From Opitutales bacterium (GTDB lineage: Bacteria > Verrucomicrobiota > Verrucomicrobiia > Opitutales > Opitutaceae): a stretch of 64,000 bases of DNA. The translations under genes and the position numbers were made by a program. How positions within the stretch are numbered: the stretch's first letter is position 1; each line of letters opens with the position of its first letter. The stretch is from assembly GCA_038249085.1 (NCBI GenBank), contig JBBRWR010000010.1, positions 11,009 to 75,008 on the forward strand, written 5' to 3'. The notes beneath the pieces were generated by a model, which was given only the letters and a program-made list of their open reading frames with translations, ran no database searches and was not told the DNA's origin. Shown in pieces: positions 53,567 through 63,273 of the stretch.

Positions 53567-55870
53567 TTACCGGCCCGCGGCGAGTGCCCGCGCGAGAAAG
53601 GCCCGGATCCTCGCCTTGATCTCCTCGGTCGCAAATTCCTTGCCGCCATGGCCGGCGCCGGGGAGCACGACAAGTTCCGACGCGACCCCCGCCTCCCGTA
53701 ACTTTACGTGCAGGCGCCGGCTCTGGTCGAGCGGCACCTGCGGATCCTGGTCACCATGGAGGATCAGGAAGGGCGGATCGTCATGGGAAACCTGGTACAG
53801 GGCACTCGCCTGCTTCGCGATCTCGGGGCGGTCGCGTACGATGCCGCCGAGCATCCTGGCGCCATTGGATTTCGCCAGATCGGCGTCGGTCTTGCCGGGA
53901 CCGGGGAGGTTGCTCGGGGTCGTCAGCAGATCCGTCGGTCCATAGAGATCGATCACGGCCTGCACGCGGCTCGAGATCGTCTCTCCGGGTGGGGTCGACA
54001 GGGTGCCGACGAGGGCGGCGAGGTGGCCGCCGGCGGAGCCGCCGCTGACGGCGAGGCGTTGCGGGTCGAGTTGGTAACGTCCGGCGTCGGCGCGCAGCCA
54101 GCGGATCGCGGCGCGGGTGTCGTCGAGTTGCGCGGGCCAGTGGGCGAGCCAGCTCAGGCGGTAGTTGATGCTGGCAACGGCGTAGCCCTCGGCGGCGAGC
54201 CACTGCAGCGGACAATTGTCCTTGGTGCCGTTCTTCCAACCGCCGCCATGGATCCACATCACCACGGGCAGGGGGTGGTCGGGAGCCTTTTCCGGCAGGT
54301 AGAGGTCGAGCAGGACGGCGCCCGAGGTGGGAGTGGTGAAGGTGAGATTGGAGATCCGTTTCACGCCGGCCGGCAGCGCGACGCGGATGTCGCCGGCCGG
54401 GCGGATGTGGGTGCCCTTGACGTTGGTCAGGGAATCGCCGAGGTCGGCGCGGGCGGCCTGCACCCGCTCCTGCAGCCGGGCCACGATCTCCGGATGCGCC
54501 GCGGCCAGGTTGGTCGTCTCACCCGGATCCTCGCGCATGTTGTACAGGGCGAGGCCCAGTTGCTCGACCCGATAGCCGTGCCGGCTCGCGATGCCGCGGA
54601 TACCGGAGTTCTCGATCGACTGCGGTTTCATGTTGGCCCAATTCGACGGCTTGCCGCCCCGCCCGGGCTCGGCGGCCACCGTGAGATACTCATGGGGCAC
54701 GTGAAGCTTCCAGTCGCCGACGCGCACCGCGTGAAGTTCCTGGCCGGCGTAGAACCAGTATTCGTCGCGGCCGCGGGCGCCGGGGGCGCCGAAGATCAGG
54801 GGCGCGAGGTCGAAGCCGTCGCGCTTCACCGGCGGGAGCTGGCCGCCAATCAGCCCGGCGAGCGTGACGTGCAGATCCATCGTGCTCAGCATCTCGGCGC
54901 TCTCGCGGCCGGCCGGCACCCGGCCCGGCCAGCGGATGATACAGGGCGTGCGCATGCCGCCCTCGAAGGAGGTCAGTTTGCCTTCGCGCAGGGGATCGGC
55001 CAGTCCCGCGTGTTCGCCGTAGGAGAGGAACGGGCCGTTGTCGGAGCTGAAGATGACGAGGGTTTTCTCGTCGAGCCCGAGCCGGCGCAGCGTCGCCAGG
55101 ATTTCGCCCACCGACCAGTCGATCTCCTCGACGACGTCGCCGTAGAGCCCGTGGGCGCTGGTGCCCTTGAATTTGGCCGAGGCGAAGATCGGCACGTGCG
55201 GCATGACGTGCGGCACGTAGAGGAAGAAGGGTCGGTCGCGATTGCGCTCGATGAACGCGATCGAGCGTTCGGTGAAACGCCGGGTGAATTGGGACTGATC
55301 GGGATCCACCTCGACCACCTCCTCGCCGTCGAAGAGCGGCAGGGAGGGGATGCCCTTGGTCACGGGATGGAGCGGGCCGTTGTCGTTGGAGTAGGGGAGG
55401 CCGAGCCATTCGTCGAAGCCGCGGCGCGTGGGCAGGAATTGCGGGTGTTGCCCGAGGTGCCATTTGCCGAACATGGCCGTGGCGTAACCCTGCTCCTTGA
55501 ATACCTGGCCGAGCGTCTTCTCCTTCGGGTTCAGCCCTGTCGTGCTCGTGTGGTTGAGCGCGCCGCTCATGCTCACGCGATTCGGATAGCTGCCGGTCAT
55601 GAGCGCGGCGCGGGAGGCGGTGCACACCGCCTGTCCCACGTAGAAACTCGTGAAACGCGTGCCCTCCGTGGCCATGCGATCGAGGTTGGGCGTGCGGATG
55701 TCCTTCGAGCCGTAGCAGCCGAGGTCGTCGTAGCCGAGGTCGTCGACGAAGATGAAGACGACGTTCGGGTGCGCCGGGGTCGCCGCGCGCACGGCGGGGG
55801 AGAAGGTGCCGGCGAGGCACAGGGCGGCCACGGCAAGCCGGCCATGGGGATGACGGGAGGGGGGCATCAT
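53567..55870 (-). CDS. secreted sulfatase fused to C-terminal alpha/beta-hydrolase esterase domain
   Basis: ATG at 55870 (the listed start at 55876 is TTG). Signal peptide present. Sulfatase blocks: PNVVFIFVDDLGYDDLGCYGS...TPNLDRM...AVCTASRAALMTG (C-x-A-x-R variant). C-terminal esterase blocks: VVMWIHGGGWKNG and GGSAGGHLAA. Confidence 0.9.
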   Translation of the reverse strand: MMPPSRHPHGRLAVAALCLAGTFSPAVRAATPAHPNVVFIFVDDLGYDDLGCYGSKDIRTPNLDRMATEGTRFTSFYVGQAVCTASRAALMTGSYPNRVSMSGALNHTSTTGLNPKEKTLGQVFKEQGYATAMFGKWHLGQHPQFLPTRRGFDEWLGLPYSNDNGPLHPVTKGIPSLPLFDGEEVVEVDPDQSQFTRRFTERSIAFIERNRDRPFFLYVPHVMPHVPIFASAKFKGTSAHGLYGDVVEEIDWSVGEILATLRRLGLDEKTLVIFSSDNGPFLSYGEHAGLADPLREGKLTSFEGGMRTPCIIRWPGRVPAGRESAEMLSTMDLHVTLAGLIGGQLPPVKRDGFDLAPLIFGAPGARGRDEYWFYAGQELHAVRVGDWKLHVPHEYLTVAAEPGRGGKPSNWANMKPQSIENSGIRGIASRHGYRVEQLGLALYNMREDPGETTNLAAAHPEIVARLQERVQAARADLGDSLTNVKGTHIRPAGDIRVALPAGVKRISNLTFTTPTSGAVLLDLYLPEKAPDHPLPVVMWIHGGGWKNGTKDNCPLQWLAAEGYAVASINYRLSWLAHWPAQLDDTRAAIRWLRADAGRYQLDPQRLAVSGGSAGGHLAALVGTLSTPPGETISSRVQAVIDLYGPTDLLTTPSNLPGPGKTDADLAKSNGARMLGGIVRDRPEIAKQASALYQVSHDDPPFLILHGDQDPQVPLDQSRRLHVKLREAGVASELVVLPGAGHGGKEFATEEIKARIRAFLARALAAGR

Positions 55871-55950
55871 GCCCAAAAACGTAGAACCACGACCGCTGGT
55901 GGCGAGCGTGGAGTGGGGAAGCGGCGGAGCCCCGGCAGGGCAGGGTCAAA

Positions 55951-56063
55951 GTCGTTCTCTCGCCTCGTAGTCTTTCTCTTTCTTCTTTCTCTTAATCTTT
56001 CTCTCCTGCGGGCAAACCCTGACGAAAGAGAAAGATAAAGAGCGAAGAGAAAGATTGGCCAAA
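55951..56063. repeat. pyrimidine-rich / purine-rich inverted pair of family D elements
   Basis: The left arm (55951-56007) is a CT-rich tract (TCTTTCTCTTTCTTCTTTCTCTTAATCTTTCTCTCC). The right arm at 56017-56063 is CCCTGACGAAAGAGAAAGATAAAGAGCGAAGAGAAAGATTGGCCAAA. It lies in a divergent intergenic region. Confidence 0.75.
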
Positions 56064-56256
56064 CGCCTTTGACACCGCTCTGGGAGCCCCGGGCGGCGCA
56101 TCTTCCGGCTTCCGTTCATCCGGAATTGGCGGGCATTGGCCAAGCGATGCGGAGGCCGGCGGCCGGCCCTCTGATAGCTTGGGGCTTGATCATCGGTGTG
56201 TTCAGGTCTGGCTCCGGGCCACCTGCTGTCGTCGATCTTCTCCTCCCATTCCGACC

Positions 56257-57498
56257 ATGCCGAGTTTCCTCCTCCCCCGCCGCATCCGAAGCCACGCGCG
56301 CGCCAGCTTGCTGGCGATCCTCCTTTCCGGATTGCCGGCGTTCGCCGCCCCCCTGACCAAGGGCCCCTACCTGCAGGCACCAAGCCCGGAATCGATCACC
56401 GTGATGTGGGAAACCCTCGCGGACGAGCCCGGCACGCTCTCTTTCGGTGAAGGCACCCGCCTTGATCGCACCATCGGGCCGATCCAGCCGACCCGCGTCA
56501 CCGGCGCCGCCACCCCTTTCTTCGTCTACGAAGCCGCGCTGAAGGGACTGAAACCCGGCACGACCTACCGTTACGAGGCGAGCGTCGGCGGCGACCGCAG
56601 CGGCCCGCGGCAGTTCAAGACCTTCAGCCGCGACGCCACCGAGGTGACGTTCATTGCTTATGGCGACTCGCGCACCAACCCGGACAAACATGCGGCCGTC
56701 GCCGCCCGGTTCCGGCAATTTGCGCCCGAATTCATCCTGCACTCCGGTGATCTCGTCGCCAAGGGCACCGAGCACCAACTCTGGGCGCGCGAATTCTTCG
56801 ACCCCTTGAAGGGGGTCATCGACGAGGTGCCGATGCTGCCCTCGATCGGCAACCATGAGCAGGATGGCGTCAACTACCTCACCTACTTTCACCAACCCGG
56901 GGACAAGCGGTATTATTACAGTTGTGACATCGGACCCGTGCACATGCTCACGCTGGACTACCGGTCCACCCAGTCGACGGACGAGCAGTTCGCCTTTGTG
57001 CAGGCCGACCTGAAGGCGAGCCGGGCGCCGTGGAAGATCGTGATGCTGCACATGCCGATGTTCAATCTGGGTGGCCATGCCTCGCTATGGGGGCACGAGG
57101 CGTATCTGCCTTTGTTTCGCGCTGCGCAGGTCGATCTCGTGGTGGCCGGTCACTCGCATTTGTACGAACGCTTCCGGCCGCTCGCGCCCCGGGACCAACC
57201 CGGCGCCTGGGCCATCCAGCATATCACCACCGGCGGCGGCGGCGCCCCGCTGTCCCCGGCCATACCCGATCCTTCGATCGTCGCCGCCGCGCAGGTGTAC
57301 CACTTCGTCGTCTTCACCGCCGGCCGCGATCGCCTCGATGCGCGCGTCATCGACATCGATGGGAAGGAGATCGATCGCTTTTCACTGCGCAAGGAGGACG
57401 GCCGCCAGCCGAAGGAGTACCTTGCCGCCGTCTATCCGGAGGAGGATGTCATCGCGGCCGTGAAACGGATTCCGCCGAAGAAGGCGAAGAAGAAGTGA
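56257..57498 (+). CDS. secreted metallophosphoesterase (purple-acid-phosphatase-like)
   Basis: The ATG at 56257 gives a signal peptide (..ASLLAILLSGLPAFAAP). PAP N-domain pattern PYLQAPSPESITVMWET. Metallophosphoesterase motifs: YGDSR, HSGDLVAKG, GNHE, MLHMP, GHSH. Confidence 0.85.
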   Translation: MPSFLLPRRIRSHARASLLAILLSGLPAFAAPLTKGPYLQAPSPESITVMWETLADEPGTLSFGEGTRLDRTIGPIQPTRVTGAATPFFVYEAALKGLKPGTTYRYEASVGGDRSGPRQFKTFSRDATEVTFIAYGDSRTNPDKHAAVAARFRQFAPEFILHSGDLVAKGTEHQLWAREFFDPLKGVIDEVPMLPSIGNHEQDGVNYLTYFHQPGDKRYYYSCDIGPVHMLTLDYRSTQSTDEQFAFVQADLKASRAPWKIVMLHMPMFNLGGHASLWGHEAYLPLFRAAQVDLVVAGHSHLYERFRPLAPRDQPGAWAIQHITTGGGGAPLSPAIPDPSIVAAAQVYHFVVFTAGRDRLDARVIDIDGKEIDRFSLRKEDGRQPKEYLAAVYPEEDVIAAVKRIPPKKAKKK

Positions 57499-57565
57499 TC
57501 GGTGGCGCCGGGGCGCGCGGAGGGTCAGTCGGCCCCGCCGCCGGGAGGCGAAGGACCCCCATTTC

Positions 57566-59158
57566 ATGACCACGAACGAACCCGCCCCCGCGAGGAACGA
57601 CGACAGGGAGATGCCGCGTTCGCTGCCGGATCTCACGCGCCGCGGTTTTCTCCGGGCCGGCGCGACCGCAACCGCGGCGGCGACCCTTCTGCCGCGGCCC
57701 ACCTTGGGCGGGGAGGGTAAGATCGCGCCCGGCGGAAAGCTCACCGTCGCCTACATCGGCTGCGGCACCCAGGGCCTCCGGGAACTGCTGCGTTTGCTCG
57801 TGATCCCGGAGGTGCAGGTGGTCGCGGTCTGCGACCCGGTCAAGGACGGCCACGACTATGTCGACTGGTCGCGCGACGGGCTGCGGAAGGCGATCGCGAC
57901 CGCGCTGGGCCAGCCGGACTGGCGGCGCGACGCCCCGGGCATTCCCGGCGGGCGGGACGTGGCCCGGGAAATCGTTGAGACTTGGTACGCGAAGCAACGA
58001 CCGTCCGAGCGTTTCCCGGGCTGCGCGACCTACGCCGATTTCCGCGAGCTGCTGAAGAAGGAAACGAGGGTGGACACCGTCAAGATCATGACGCCCGACC
58101 ACCTCCATGCGACGATCGCCATCGCCGCCATGAAGCGGGGCAAAAACGTGGTGATGCACAAACCGATCGCCAACCGGCTCCACGAGGCCCGGATGGTCAT
58201 CGCCACGGCCCGCGCGACGAACGTTCACACCCACTTCATGCCGGCGAGCGATGGCGCCGAGATCCGCGTCATCAAGCAGTGGATCGACGATGGCGCCATT
58301 GGTCCGCTGCGCGAGGTGCACAACTGGTCCAACCGGCCGGTCTGGCCGCAGTATCCGTCCGTGCCGGTCGAGACGCCGCCGATCCCGGAGAACTTCGACT
58401 GGCCGCTCTGGCTGGGTCCCTCCTTGGATCGGCCTTATCATCCCCACTATACGCATGCCGTGTTCCGCGGCTGGTATGAGTTCGGGGGCGGGGCCTTGGC
58501 GGACATGGGCCACTACAGCCTCTGGCCGGTGTTCACGCAGTTCGATCTCGACGCCCCGACAACCGTGGAATCCACCCCCGCCCATGCCTGCACGCTCAAC
58601 GGGCAGGTCGCCGGCAGAATCAAGAACGACACCTCCTTCCCGACAGCCTGCACGATTCGTTTCAAGTTCGCGGCGAAAGGCGCCCGGCCGCCCCTCGATC
58701 TCTTTTGGTATGACGGCTCGATGCAGCCGCCCACGCCCGCGGTACTGGCGGCGGACGACCGGGAATTGCCGCCCGAAGGATTGATGTTTGTCGGGGACAC
58801 CGGCCGGATTCTCGCCGGATTTCGCGGAGAAGATCCCTCGCTGATTTCGGAGCAAAAGCTGCGGGTCGACCGGGTGGCGAAGCCGCTGCCGGCGGCCGCC
58901 CCGGGCCGGCGCGAGCGGGGGCAGGGCGACGTCGACTGGGTGGCCGCCTTCCGGGCCGGTCACTCCACCTATGGGGATTTCCGGCTGGCCGGGCCGATCT
59001 CGGACGCCTTCAACCTGGGCGCGATCTCCCTGCGCCTGGGGGGCAGGCGGCTGCGCTTCGACGCCGCGGCCATGAGGATCACCAACGTCGCCGCCGCGAA
59101 CAAGTATCTGGTTCGTGAATATCGCCCGGGCTGGGAGCTGACCGGCGGGGTGACCTGA
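57566..59158 (+). CDS. Gfo/Idh/MocA-family oxidoreductase with twin-arginine (Tat) signal
   Basis: Tat motif TRRGFLRAGATATAAA. Rossmann start VAYIGCGTQG. Family blocks: MTPDHLHATIAIAAMKRGKNVVMHKPIAN. Confidence 0.9.
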   Translation: MTTNEPAPARNDDREMPRSLPDLTRRGFLRAGATATAAATLLPRPTLGGEGKIAPGGKLTVAYIGCGTQGLRELLRLLVIPEVQVVAVCDPVKDGHDYVDWSRDGLRKAIATALGQPDWRRDAPGIPGGRDVAREIVETWYAKQRPSERFPGCATYADFRELLKKETRVDTVKIMTPDHLHATIAIAAMKRGKNVVMHKPIANRLHEARMVIATARATNVHTHFMPASDGAEIRVIKQWIDDGAIGPLREVHNWSNRPVWPQYPSVPVETPPIPENFDWPLWLGPSLDRPYHPHYTHAVFRGWYEFGGGALADMGHYSLWPVFTQFDLDAPTTVESTPAHACTLNGQVAGRIKNDTSFPTACTIRFKFAAKGARPPLDLFWYDGSMQPPTPAVLAADDRELPPEGLMFVGDTGRILAGFRGEDPSLISEQKLRVDRVAKPLPAAAPGRRERGQGDVDWVAAFRAGHSTYGDFRLAGPISDAFNLGAISLRLGGRRLRFDAAAMRITNVAAANKYLVREYRPGWELTGGVT

Positions 59159-59288
59159 TCCGCCCCGGCCTCGCCCCCATGGCCGTCACCGCCCACTCGC
59201 GGCGGCACCTGTTGCGTCCCGGCGCACGCATTGGTCATTGCCTCGGGGGGGCGCTAACGAGTCCCTTTGCGTGCTTCGCCCTACTACC

Positions 59289-60647
59289 ATGCCACTGCCG
59301 ACCCACCTCCGCCGCACGAAGCTTGTCGCCGCCCTGATTGAAACGTTCGGGTTCAGTCCGCTGCTGGCCACCTTGGTCGCGTTGCTGCTGTTGGCGCTCG
59401 GCCTCGGGGCGATGCTTTGGGTCGTGCTGTCGGCTCCGCCCAGCACGATTACGATCGTCAGCGGCCCCCCCGGCAGTTCCTTTCAGCGCTACGCCGAGGC
59501 CTACCAGCAGGCTCTCGCCCAGCATAAGATCACCCTCAAGATCGTGCCCACCGGTGGATCGACGGATAATCTGCAACAGTTGACGGCGCCCGGCTCCGGC
59601 ATCGACCTCGGCTTTGTGCAAGGTGGGCTCGTCGGCGCCGCGCCTCCGCCCGGCCTGGTCTCGCTCGGCAGTGTTTCCTACCAGCCGCTTTGGGTGTTCT
59701 ACCGGGCCAAGGCGCCGATCAGCCTCCTCTCCGAACTGGCGGGCAAGCGCCTCGGGATCGGCGCCACGGGCAGTGGGGGCCAGACGCTGGCCCGCGCCCT
59801 CCTCGAGGCCAACGGCATCACCGGCGCGCCCGGCACGCTCGTGGAGCAGCCCGTTGAGTCCTCCAGCAAAGATTTGCTCGAGGGCCGGCTCGACGCCATT
59901 TTTCTCATGGGCGATTCCGCGCCCCTCCAGACGCTGCGCACGCTGGTCCGCACCCCCGACGTGCAGGTTTACAACTTCACCCAGGCCGACGCCTACGTGC
60001 GCCGCCTGCCCTATCTCAACAAGATCGTCCTGCCGCAGGGCTCCATCGACTTCGGTCGCAACCTGCCGGCGCAGAATGTCGCCCTGATCGGCCCCGCGGT
60101 CGAACTCATCGCGCGCGACGGGCTCAACTCCGCCGTCTCCGACCTCCTGCTCGGGGTCGCCCAGCAGGTGCACGGCAAGGCCGGGCTGCTGGCGAAACGA
60201 GGTGAGTTTCCCGCGCCGGTCGAACGCGAATTTCCGCTCAGTGACGATGCCCTGCGCTACTACAAGTCAGGAAAGGGAATCACCTACAAACTCGTCAGCT
60301 CCTTCTGGCTCGCGAGCCTCTTGAATCGCCTCCTCGTCGCCATTGTGCCGGTCGTGCTCATTCTGATCCCGGCGGTCCGCTTCCTGCCCGTGGTCTACCG
60401 TTGGAGTGTGCAGTTGCGCATCTACCGCTGTTACCGGCCGCTGCTGCGGCTGGAGCGTGAGGCCGAGGTGGAGCTGGCGACCCAGGACGCCGCGGATTGT
60501 CTCCGCCGGCTTGAGGCGATCGAACGCGACGTCAACGCCCTGAAGGTCCCGGCCTCGTTCGCGTGCCAGTACTACGATTTGCGCCACCACGTCGCCTTCG
60601 TGCGCCACCGCCTGAATTCCGCCGGTCCGGCCGCCCCGCGTGCGTGA
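59289..60647 (+). CDS. TAXI-family (TRAP-type) solute-binding protein with N- and C-terminal membrane anchors
   Basis: ATG at 59289. N-terminal TM (LLATLVALLLLALGLGAMLWVVL). TAXI block: ITIVSGPPGSSFQRYAEAY...IVPTGGSTDNLQQL...IDLGFVQGG. C-terminal TM (LLVAIVPVVLILIPAV). No TRAP permease gene nearby. Confidence 0.8.
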   Translation: MPLPTHLRRTKLVAALIETFGFSPLLATLVALLLLALGLGAMLWVVLSAPPSTITIVSGPPGSSFQRYAEAYQQALAQHKITLKIVPTGGSTDNLQQLTAPGSGIDLGFVQGGLVGAAPPPGLVSLGSVSYQPLWVFYRAKAPISLLSELAGKRLGIGATGSGGQTLARALLEANGITGAPGTLVEQPVESSSKDLLEGRLDAIFLMGDSAPLQTLRTLVRTPDVQVYNFTQADAYVRRLPYLNKIVLPQGSIDFGRNLPAQNVALIGPAVELIARDGLNSAVSDLLLGVAQQVHGKAGLLAKRGEFPAPVEREFPLSDDALRYYKSGKGITYKLVSSFWLASLLNRLLVAIVPVVLILIPAVRFLPVVYRWSVQLRIYRCYRPLLRLEREAEVELATQDAADCLRRLEAIERDVNALKVPASFACQYYDLRHHVAFVRHRLNSAGPAAPRA

Positions 60648-60683
60648 CCCGCCGCCGGTCGTCTGCGCCCGACCCGGGCCGGG

Positions 60684-62372
60684 TTAGTGCCCAAGTTTCC
60701 GATACTTGATGCGGTGCGGCTGGTCGGCGGCCTTGCCCTTCCGCCGGTGGAGATCCTCGAGGTAGCTGGAGAAGTTGCCGTTGAACCACGTCACCATGCT
60801 GTCGCCCTCGAAGGCGAGGATGTGCGTCGCCACGCGATCGAGAAACCAGCGATCGTGCGACACGATCACGGCGCAGCCGGCGAAGTTCTCCAGGCTCTCC
60901 TCCAGCGCGCGAATGGAGTTTACGTCGAGGTCGTTGGTCGGCTCGTCGAGCAGGATGAGGTTGGCGCCGCGCTTGAGCAGGCGCGCGAGGTGCACCCGGT
61001 TGCGTTCGCCACCGGAGAGCACCCCGACCTTCTTTTGCTGATCGGCCCCGGTGAAGCCGAATTGCGCGCAGTAGGCCCGCGAGTTCACCTCGCGCCCCGG
61101 CATCCGCATGATCTCCTCGCCGTCGCTGATCGCCTCCCAAATCGTCGCCCCGTTGGGCAGGGAGTCGCGCGACTGGTCGACATGCGCGATCTGCACCGTG
61201 TCGCCCACCCGCAGGGTGCCGGCATCGGGTTTTTCCGCGCCGATGATGAGCCGGAAGAGCGTCGTCTTGCCGGCGCCATTCGGCCCGATCACGCCGACGA
61301 TGCCGCCGGGCGGCAGGGAGAAGTTCACGTCGTCGAAGAGCAGGTTGTCCCCATAGCCCTTGGCGAGTTGCTGCGCCTCGACCACGAGCGTGCCGAGGCG
61401 CGGTCCGGGCGGAATCAGGAACTCGAACTCCCGCTCCTTCTCCGCGACGTTTTGCTTGAGCATCGATTCGTAGGCGTTGATGCGCGCCTGCGATTTGGCC
61501 TGCCGCGCCTTGGCGGATTGGCGAATCCACTCCAGTTCGCGCGCCATCGCCTTCTGGCGGCGATCCTCGGTGCGCTGCTCGATGCCGAGGCGCCGCTGTT
61601 TCTGCTCGAGCCACGACGAATAATTGCCCTTCCACGGGATGCCGTGGCCGCGATCGAGCTCGAGGATCCACTGCGCCACGTTGTCGAGGAAGTAGCGATC
61701 GTGCGTGACTGCGATCACGGTGCCCTCATAGCGCGCCAGGTGCTGCTCGAGCCACTGCACACTCTCGGCGTCGAGATGGTTGGTCGGCTCGTCGAGCAGC
61801 AGGATCGCGGGTTTCTGCAGCAGCAGTCGCGCGAGGGCGACGCGGCGGCGCTCCCCGCCGGACAGCGTGTCCACCAGGGAGTTACCCGGCGGGCAGCGCA
61901 GGGCGTCCATCGCCATCTCGACCTGGGGGGCCACGTCCCAGGCGCCGAGGGTGTCGATCTTCTCCTGCAACTCGCCCTGCCGCGCCATGATGGCGTCCTT
62001 GGCGGCGTCGTCCGTGGCGTCGTTGAGTTCATCCCACGTGGCGTCGTAGGCCGTCGTGAGGGCGGTGAGGTGCGCCACGCCCTCCTCCACGGCGGCGCGG
62101 ACGGTGGTGCCCGGCGTGAGGTGGGGTTCCTGTTCGAGCAGGCCGACCGCGTATCCAGGTTCAAAATGCACGCGCCCGTCGATCTCGGTGTCGCGCCCGG
62201 CGAGGATCTTCAGGAGCGACGACTTGCCGGAGCCGTTGAGGCCGAGCACGCCAATCTTCGCGCCGTAGTAGAACGAGAGCGAGATGTCGCGGAGGATCTC
62301 CTTGCGCTCGATTTTTTTCGAGACGCCGAGCATGGAGAAGATGATGGTGGGAGCTTCGTCGGGTTTGGCCAC
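60684..62372 (-). CDS. ettA: ABC-F ATPase, energy-dependent translational throttle protein EttA
   Basis: 562 aa with two ABC cassettes (GVLGLNGSGKSS...LSGGERRRVALARLL...LLLDEPTNHLD and GVIGPNGAGKTT...LSGGERNRVHLARLL...LILDEPTNDLD). It is EttA-like from end to end, including the C-terminal ...HRIKYRKL. Confidence 0.95.
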   Translation of the reverse strand: MAKPDEAPTIIFSMLGVSKKIERKEILRDISLSFYYGAKIGVLGLNGSGKSSLLKILAGRDTEIDGRVHFEPGYAVGLLEQEPHLTPGTTVRAAVEEGVAHLTALTTAYDATWDELNDATDDAAKDAIMARQGELQEKIDTLGAWDVAPQVEMAMDALRCPPGNSLVDTLSGGERRRVALARLLLQKPAILLLDEPTNHLDAESVQWLEQHLARYEGTVIAVTHDRYFLDNVAQWILELDRGHGIPWKGNYSSWLEQKQRRLGIEQRTEDRRQKAMARELEWIRQSAKARQAKSQARINAYESMLKQNVAEKEREFEFLIPPGPRLGTLVVEAQQLAKGYGDNLLFDDVNFSLPPGGIVGVIGPNGAGKTTLFRLIIGAEKPDAGTLRVGDTVQIAHVDQSRDSLPNGATIWEAISDGEEIMRMPGREVNSRAYCAQFGFTGADQQKKVGVLSGGERNRVHLARLLKRGANLILLDEPTNDLDVNSIRALEESLENFAGCAVIVSHDRWFLDRVATHILAFEGDSMVTWFNGNFSSYLEDLHRRKGKAADQPHRIKYRKLGH

Positions 62373-62697
62373 GCGCGCGACTCAAGCGGGCGCTCCCCGG
62401 GCCGCAAGCGCGGAGCGTGCGGAGCGCGAGACGGGCCTTGCTCCCGGGGGCGGCAGCGCCGGGGTTCCCGCGGTCGGGAAGCGCTCCCGCGGCTGGCATC
62501 ACTCCGGCCAGAAGTCCTCAACCGGCCGGTTAGCAGGTAATTAGGGGCGAAAGCGGGGGTGGGGCGGGCGGGTTTTTGCGGCCCCAGGCGCGGAAAGTTA
62601 CCGGAGGAGCGAAAATTTATCCGCCTTTTTCCCGGGGATTACCGTACCGGGCCGGGGGCGACCTGCGTCATGCTAGAGTAGCCCAAGTGCCGCCACC

Positions 62698-63273
62698 ATG
62701 AAAAACGCCTCCCGCTCCCACCTGTTCGCCACCGTCGCCCTCGCCGGGGTGATGCTCAGTCTCCTGCCCGTCAGCCTCTCCGCCGCTGAGTCCGGCCAGA
62801 ACGAAACTGCCGCCCGCCCCCGGGCCAAGGGCCGGGCGAACGAAAGTGTCCGCGCCGGCACGGTCGTCGCCCCGGACGGCCAGGCGGCCGTGACCTCGAT
62901 CGATCGCAAGTGGGACAACAAGTCGGGCACCGGCACGCTCAACGAGGCGGCCGCCACCCCGGACGGCAAGATTTCCACGCGCGAAGCCAACCTGAAACGC
63001 AATCCGGATGGCTCGATCACCACGCGGGGTACGTTCACCGATTTCGATGGTCGCTCCTTCAACTACACCGAGACGACGAAGAGCGGTGGGCCGAGCCAGA
63101 CAATCAAGGGAACCATGGTCGACATGGACGGGAAGGTCTCCACCTACGTCACGACCTTCGCGAAGGCCGGTGGCGGCCAGACCAGGCGCACGACCGTGAT
63201 CGCGCACGCCGACGGCACGGCGGAAACCCGGGTCGAATTGCTCGCGCCCGCCAAGGTGGCGTCCGTGTACTGA
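62698..63273 (+). CDS. hypothetical small secreted protein
   Basis: ATG at 62698 with the signal peptide MKNASRSHLFATVALAGVMLSLLPVSLSAA. Thr/Gly/Asp-rich beta-like repeats (PDGKISTRE.., PDGSITTRG.., DMDGKVSTY.., ADGTAETRV..). Confidence 0.55.
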   Translation: MKNASRSHLFATVALAGVMLSLLPVSLSAAESGQNETAARPRAKGRANESVRAGTVVAPDGQAAVTSIDRKWDNKSGTGTLNEAAATPDGKISTREANLKRNPDGSITTRGTFTDFDGRSFNYTETTKSGGPSQTIKGTMVDMDGKVSTYVTTFAKAGGGQTRRTTVIAHADGTAETRVELLAPAKVASVY

